Assembly: GCA_043228905.1 (NCBI GenBank)
Contig: JBHGNT010000010.1
Location: forward strand, 5,890,001 to 5,954,000
Source of the DNA: Azolla caroliniana
Lineage: Eukaryota > Plantae > Polypodiophyta
Direction of reading: 5' to 3'
Length of the DNA stretch: 64,000 nt
Below, piece by piece: positions 59,757 through 64,000 of this stretch (position 1 is the stretch's first letter; every line of letters begins with the position of its first letter). The notes beneath the pieces are model-generated. The model saw only the letters and a list, made by a program, of their open reading frames with translations, had not been told where the DNA came from and did not search any database. The position numbers and the translations under genes were made by a program.

Positions 59757-61183
59757 CGACGAGAGTTCTCCTGCGGATACACGCCAGAGCAGAACGGCGT
59801 GGCTGAACGTCGGAATCAAACGCTGGTAGAAGCTGCAAGGGAAATGATAGAAGAGAAGTGCATGCCCTGGATTTATTGGGCGAAGCAATTCTGACAGTTG
59901 TCTACATACAGAATCAGATATCTGCCTTAGGAACAAAGTTTTCGCAGCATGAACTGTATTTCGAGCGGAAACTGAATTTGGCACACCTTCGGGTATTCAA
60001 TAGCATTGCGTATGTGCATGTGCCAGATGAAAAGTGGAAGAAACTGGCTACTTCGACAAGCAGAAGGGGTATTAGTGCTACAACCCCCGTTCGAAGCAAG
60101 TCCGAGTTAGCCGTGATGTCGTCTTCGACAAATCAACATCTTGGTACCTCGCATACCCGAACCCAAGCCGATTGCCACGAATGAGGCGACGAATTCTAGC
60201 ACAGAGGGAGTGTTGTGGACTCTGAATGACCGGATAGTCCGTCTTTCCTCTGGATCAATGGACCGAATCCATATTGGTTGAGCCAAAGCAGTCAACCAGA
60301 TGACAAGACGGTGAGTAACGAAGAGTCGGTCGTGCTCTCCCCGCACAAGGAACCAAGGAGACCGCTCACGGGCAAAGAAAAAAGGAAGACGAAGATGCCG
60401 GAATATGATACCGGTGGGGAAGAGTCGGCTCGGAGCGAATCCAACTCTAGAAAGCAAGAAGAAGGACTTCTGGAGAAGAGGTCGGAGTCAGCCAAGAGGG
60501 CCATGAAATCGGCAGAGTTGAAATTGCGCCGATCTACCCGCCAGAAGCACCCAGAAGCACCTTGTAGCTCGGTACATGGTGAAGGTGGCAGTTGTGTGTG
60601 AGCTAGAGAGGCCATGAAGGAAGAGATGCACGCGGTCACAGAGAAAGAGATGTGGGACTTGGTGGACGTACTGAAAGGAGTGCAGCCGATCTTTTGCCGG
60701 TGGGTATACAAAGTCAAATACAACGCCGATGGCTCTGTCAACCGTTACAAGGCCCGGTTTGTGGCAAAGGGCTATGCGTAGCAGCACGACATCGACTACG
60801 ATGAGACGTTCGGGCCGGTCGCAAAGATGACAATTGTCCATGTCTTGCTTGAGTTGGTAGCGGTGAAGGGGTGGCATCTACATGAGATGGATGTGAGAAA
60901 CGCGTTCCTGCAAGGCGACCTTGAGGAACAAGTATATATGGTCCAACCCCTCGGTTTTCAGTCCAGAATGAACATGTCGATTATTTACCGACTAAAGAAG
61001 TCCCTTTACGGACTAAAGCAAGCCATGCATGCCTTGAATGCGAAGATCACGCAACGACTGCATCGGATGGGGTTTTTCGCATCAAACTTGGTCTCTTCAT
61101 TGTTCATCCGGTAAGCATTTTGCTTTAGGCATCGCCGACACCGACTTGGACGAAATTGACCGCGTAAAGTCTGACCTCGCGGT
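59757..61183 (+). pseudogene. Continuation of the older copia (integrase to RT remnant)
   Basis: RREFSCGYTPEQNGVAER resumes after the TSD; WHLHEMDVRNAFLQGDLEE..KKSLYGLKQA. Confidence 0.85.
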
Positions 61184-63200
61184 TGTCAGGAACAATACTA
61201 AGAGAGAGAAGTACTGTCAGGAACAATACTAAGACAGATAAGGAATTAGTACTAAAAGATGAGGATTAGTACTAAGGGAGGTGTAGAACTCTCGAGAGAA
61301 GGAAAGAGTGAGTGAGTGAGTGAGTGAGAGAGAGAGAGAGAGAATGATGATGATAACAAAAGATATATATTATGTTAAGAGAATATACAATAGTAGCTAG
61401 GAGGCTTAAGACTAGCGTTGAACCAATTTGGTTCGAAATAATGCCTTGTACCTCCTTTTAGAGTGTTCTTAGGAGTACTCCTAAAGTTTCTAGAATGTTC
61501 TAGAGAAATCTGGAATATACATCAATTTTCTATAATAAAACTTAAATGAAAATAATATTTTTTGTATTATAACATATAGTCTAATGATCAAGAGCTTGAC
61601 CCATGTAACATAAGGTCATGGGTTCAAGTCTGGATCATGACATTATCCTCCCTTTAAAACGATGAGTGTCACTAGTCGTTTAGGATTGAGGACTCGGTTT
61701 GTCTAGATATTGATGATGGAAGTCTTCAAGAAGAGCACGAGCATTGGTCACATTCTCTATTGGTTCCCAAGTACGTTTGTTGGGACTATATCCTAGCCAA
61801 TCGACTAAATAGTAGAGCTTGTTGCGAACAATCTTGGAATCGAGGATGGTGGCAACCTTGTACTCAAGTCCATCTTCAAGTTCGATCGGGGGTGGAGGTT
61901 GTTTAATACGACCTGGGATGGTGTTGTCTTGTTAGGGTTCGAGGAGAGAACTATGAAACACCGGATGTATCTGAAGTTATGGATGTAGATCGAGACGAAA
62001 AGTGACATCATTAATTTTTTCGATAATACGGAAAGGACCTAATCGCCGATAATCCAACTTCTCACATGGGCGAGTAGTCTTGATGTGTCGTCATAGTAGC
62101 CATACCTGATCTCCAATGTGAAAACTGGATGGAAGCCGATGACAATCCGCGTAAACCTTGTGTGTTTGTTGAGCTTGTTGTAGATGAGTAGATAAATCCG
62201 CTTGTATCTTGTGTAACCGCTCCAAACGATCCTCTACACAAGGATTTGTGGGCAATTCTAGGGTTTCAAATATACACCACCGGGGGTGACAACCCGTATA
62301 AGCATAAATGGTGTAACTTTTGTCGATGACTGGACAGAGTTATTATACGCAAATTCGGCGAAGTGGAGAATATCCACCCAGTCATCTTGATGATAGCTTA
62401 GCAAGCACCAAAGATATTGCTCCAACGTTTGATTTGTTCGTTCTGCTTGGCCATCTGTTTGTGGGTGGTAGCCGAAGGAGAGGTTACAAGTGACCTTGAG
62501 CATTTTAAAGAGGTGCTTCCAGAATTTCGAGACGAACTGGGGTCCACGGTCGCTGATGATACTATCGGAAAGGCCATGATGCCGACATACTTCACGCATG
62601 ACAGTTTCGTCGATTTCCTCACTGGAGATTTCCTTAGTACATGGCAGGAAATGGGCCATCTTCGTATATCGATCTACTACTGTTAAGATCGCATCAAATC
62701 CCTTAGAGACCGGAAGATCTGTGATGACATCTAGAGCAATGGATTGTCACAGCTTGCTTGGAATTGTTAATGGTTCTAATAAACCATATGGATGATGCCT
62801 TGTCATTTTTGCTCTACAACATGTATCACAAGTCCGAACAAAATCTTCGACAAATTGTCGCATATGGGACCACCAGAATGATTGTTGTACTAAATCTAAT
62901 GTTTTAGCACTACCAAAATGGCCAACTGTATATGTGTCATGACAGTTTTGGACTACTCGAAGGCGACAAGAACCATTAGGAACATACAAGAGAACCATTA
63001 GGAACATACAAGAATGATTGTTGTACTAAATCTTATGTTTTAGCACTACCAAAATGGCCAACTGTATATGTGTCATGACATTTGAATTGTCGATAGTTCG
63101 TACCTAGTTGTTGCGATTGTGAACAAGATGCTCGAGAGGGATCAATTTGTGCTAGAATGGCTTGGGCGAAAGCTTCTGTCTTCAAGTCCTCACTTATGGT
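61184..63200 (-). mobile_element. Chromovirus-type Ty3/gypsy 3' remnant: integrase, chromodomain, PPT and 3' LTR (61184-61642)
   Basis: GHFG..KT...CDTC, IISDRGPQF, YHPQTDGQAER. Chromodomain YLVDWLGYSPNKRTWEPIENV (~61700-61812). PPT AAAGGGAGGATAA adjacent to TGTCATGA. Confidence 0.88.
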
Positions 63201-63875
63201 ATCGATAACGTGAGAATCCAAGGGCATACCGAAGACGTGCGTTGCTTGCGGTCGTGTCGGTCCCTGGATTACTTGCTTTTGGTTATCGAAAGCTGGCTCA
63301 CAAGGACGCGGTGCTATATGAGCGCCGTGATAATGCATCTGCCTTCCCTTGTTGCTTCCCCGGATGATATGTAATTTTGAAGTCAAAACGAGTGCGGAAT
63401 TGGGCCCACCGAGCTTGACATTGTCGTGAAGATCCGTCACTACGTGCGGATCGTGAGGCGGAACCGCCGGGGTTCTGGATCGGAAGGATTCGAAGTTTGC
63501 ACTAGCTTTCACGAGAAAGTATTCAAGATAGATTAAAAGAGAGAGAGATTGAGATAAGATAGAACGCTTGACTTTAGATTTGAGGAACAAGACATATCAT
63601 CAATTGGATAATGAATTTTCTTCTTAATATTAATTTTGATATAAAGTACAAAGCTTGCTTGATTAATACATAGCCGGTTTTTCCTCTCCATCCACTTTTT
63701 TATAGATGCCCCCATGCACATGATGTCTATGAGGGTGCAAGACATGCATGAGATGCATGTTTGCCATTTGGCGCTCGTGTATTACATGTGTTACATGATA
63801 ACCATGTCACTCATTCAAGCTCTCATGTATGAGAATTTACATATAAAATGATCAAAATAAAGCTTTTGAAGATAT

Positions 63876-63945
63876 GGCGTGGCTTAGTGGTAAGCCTATT
63901 GACTTTCAACTTGGAGGTGCAAGGGTCAAGCCTTGCTCACATCCC
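63876..63945 (+). repeat. tRNA-derived (SINE-like) degenerate sequence
   Basis: A-box-like TGGCTTAGTGG and a degenerate B-box GGGTCAAGCC; no intact cloverleaf. Confidence 0.35.
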
Positions 63946-64000
63946 TTTTAAAACACAAAATACTACTAGGCTTTTGGTCTTGTATTTACACCGAAAATCT

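Noticed and set aside
62876-63080. Local duplications in the chromovirus integrase region
   Set aside because: Ordinary decay-associated rearrangement with no sign of function.

Overview
Eukaryotic land-plant nuclear DNA. It most resembles a fern or other seed-free plant (PLS-E PPR gene, TTTAGGG repeats, GT-AG introns). The first ~19 kb holds three host genes: a GT61-type glycosyltransferase, a 1059-aa PLS-E PPR protein, and a 3-exon GHR1/SIRK1-like LRR receptor (pseudo)kinase. The rest is a multi-layer transposon nest. The main discovery appears after removing two LTR insertions at their TSDs. Region 25219-50220 then collapses to a ~7.75-kb DNA transposon with ~35-bp TIRs (AACAC...GTGTT) and a 4-bp CTTA TSD. 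It carries two head-to-head genes. One is a Sola-like DDD transposase with a BAH/Tudor-like C-terminus. The other is a 6-exon, ~956-aa gene fusing a ParB/Srx-like domain to a prokaryote-type beta-class DNA amino-methyltransferase (DIPY...DLFSGTG). Both genes are pseudogenised in this copy. Also present: a tRNA-Trp-primed Ty3/gypsy with a -1 frameshift signal; a Gag-only satellite of it inserted in its gag; two near-complete copia elements (one with telomere-repeat filler at a deletion); a chromovirus remnant; and a hAT MITE. All domain calls are by-eye motif recognition, not database searches.
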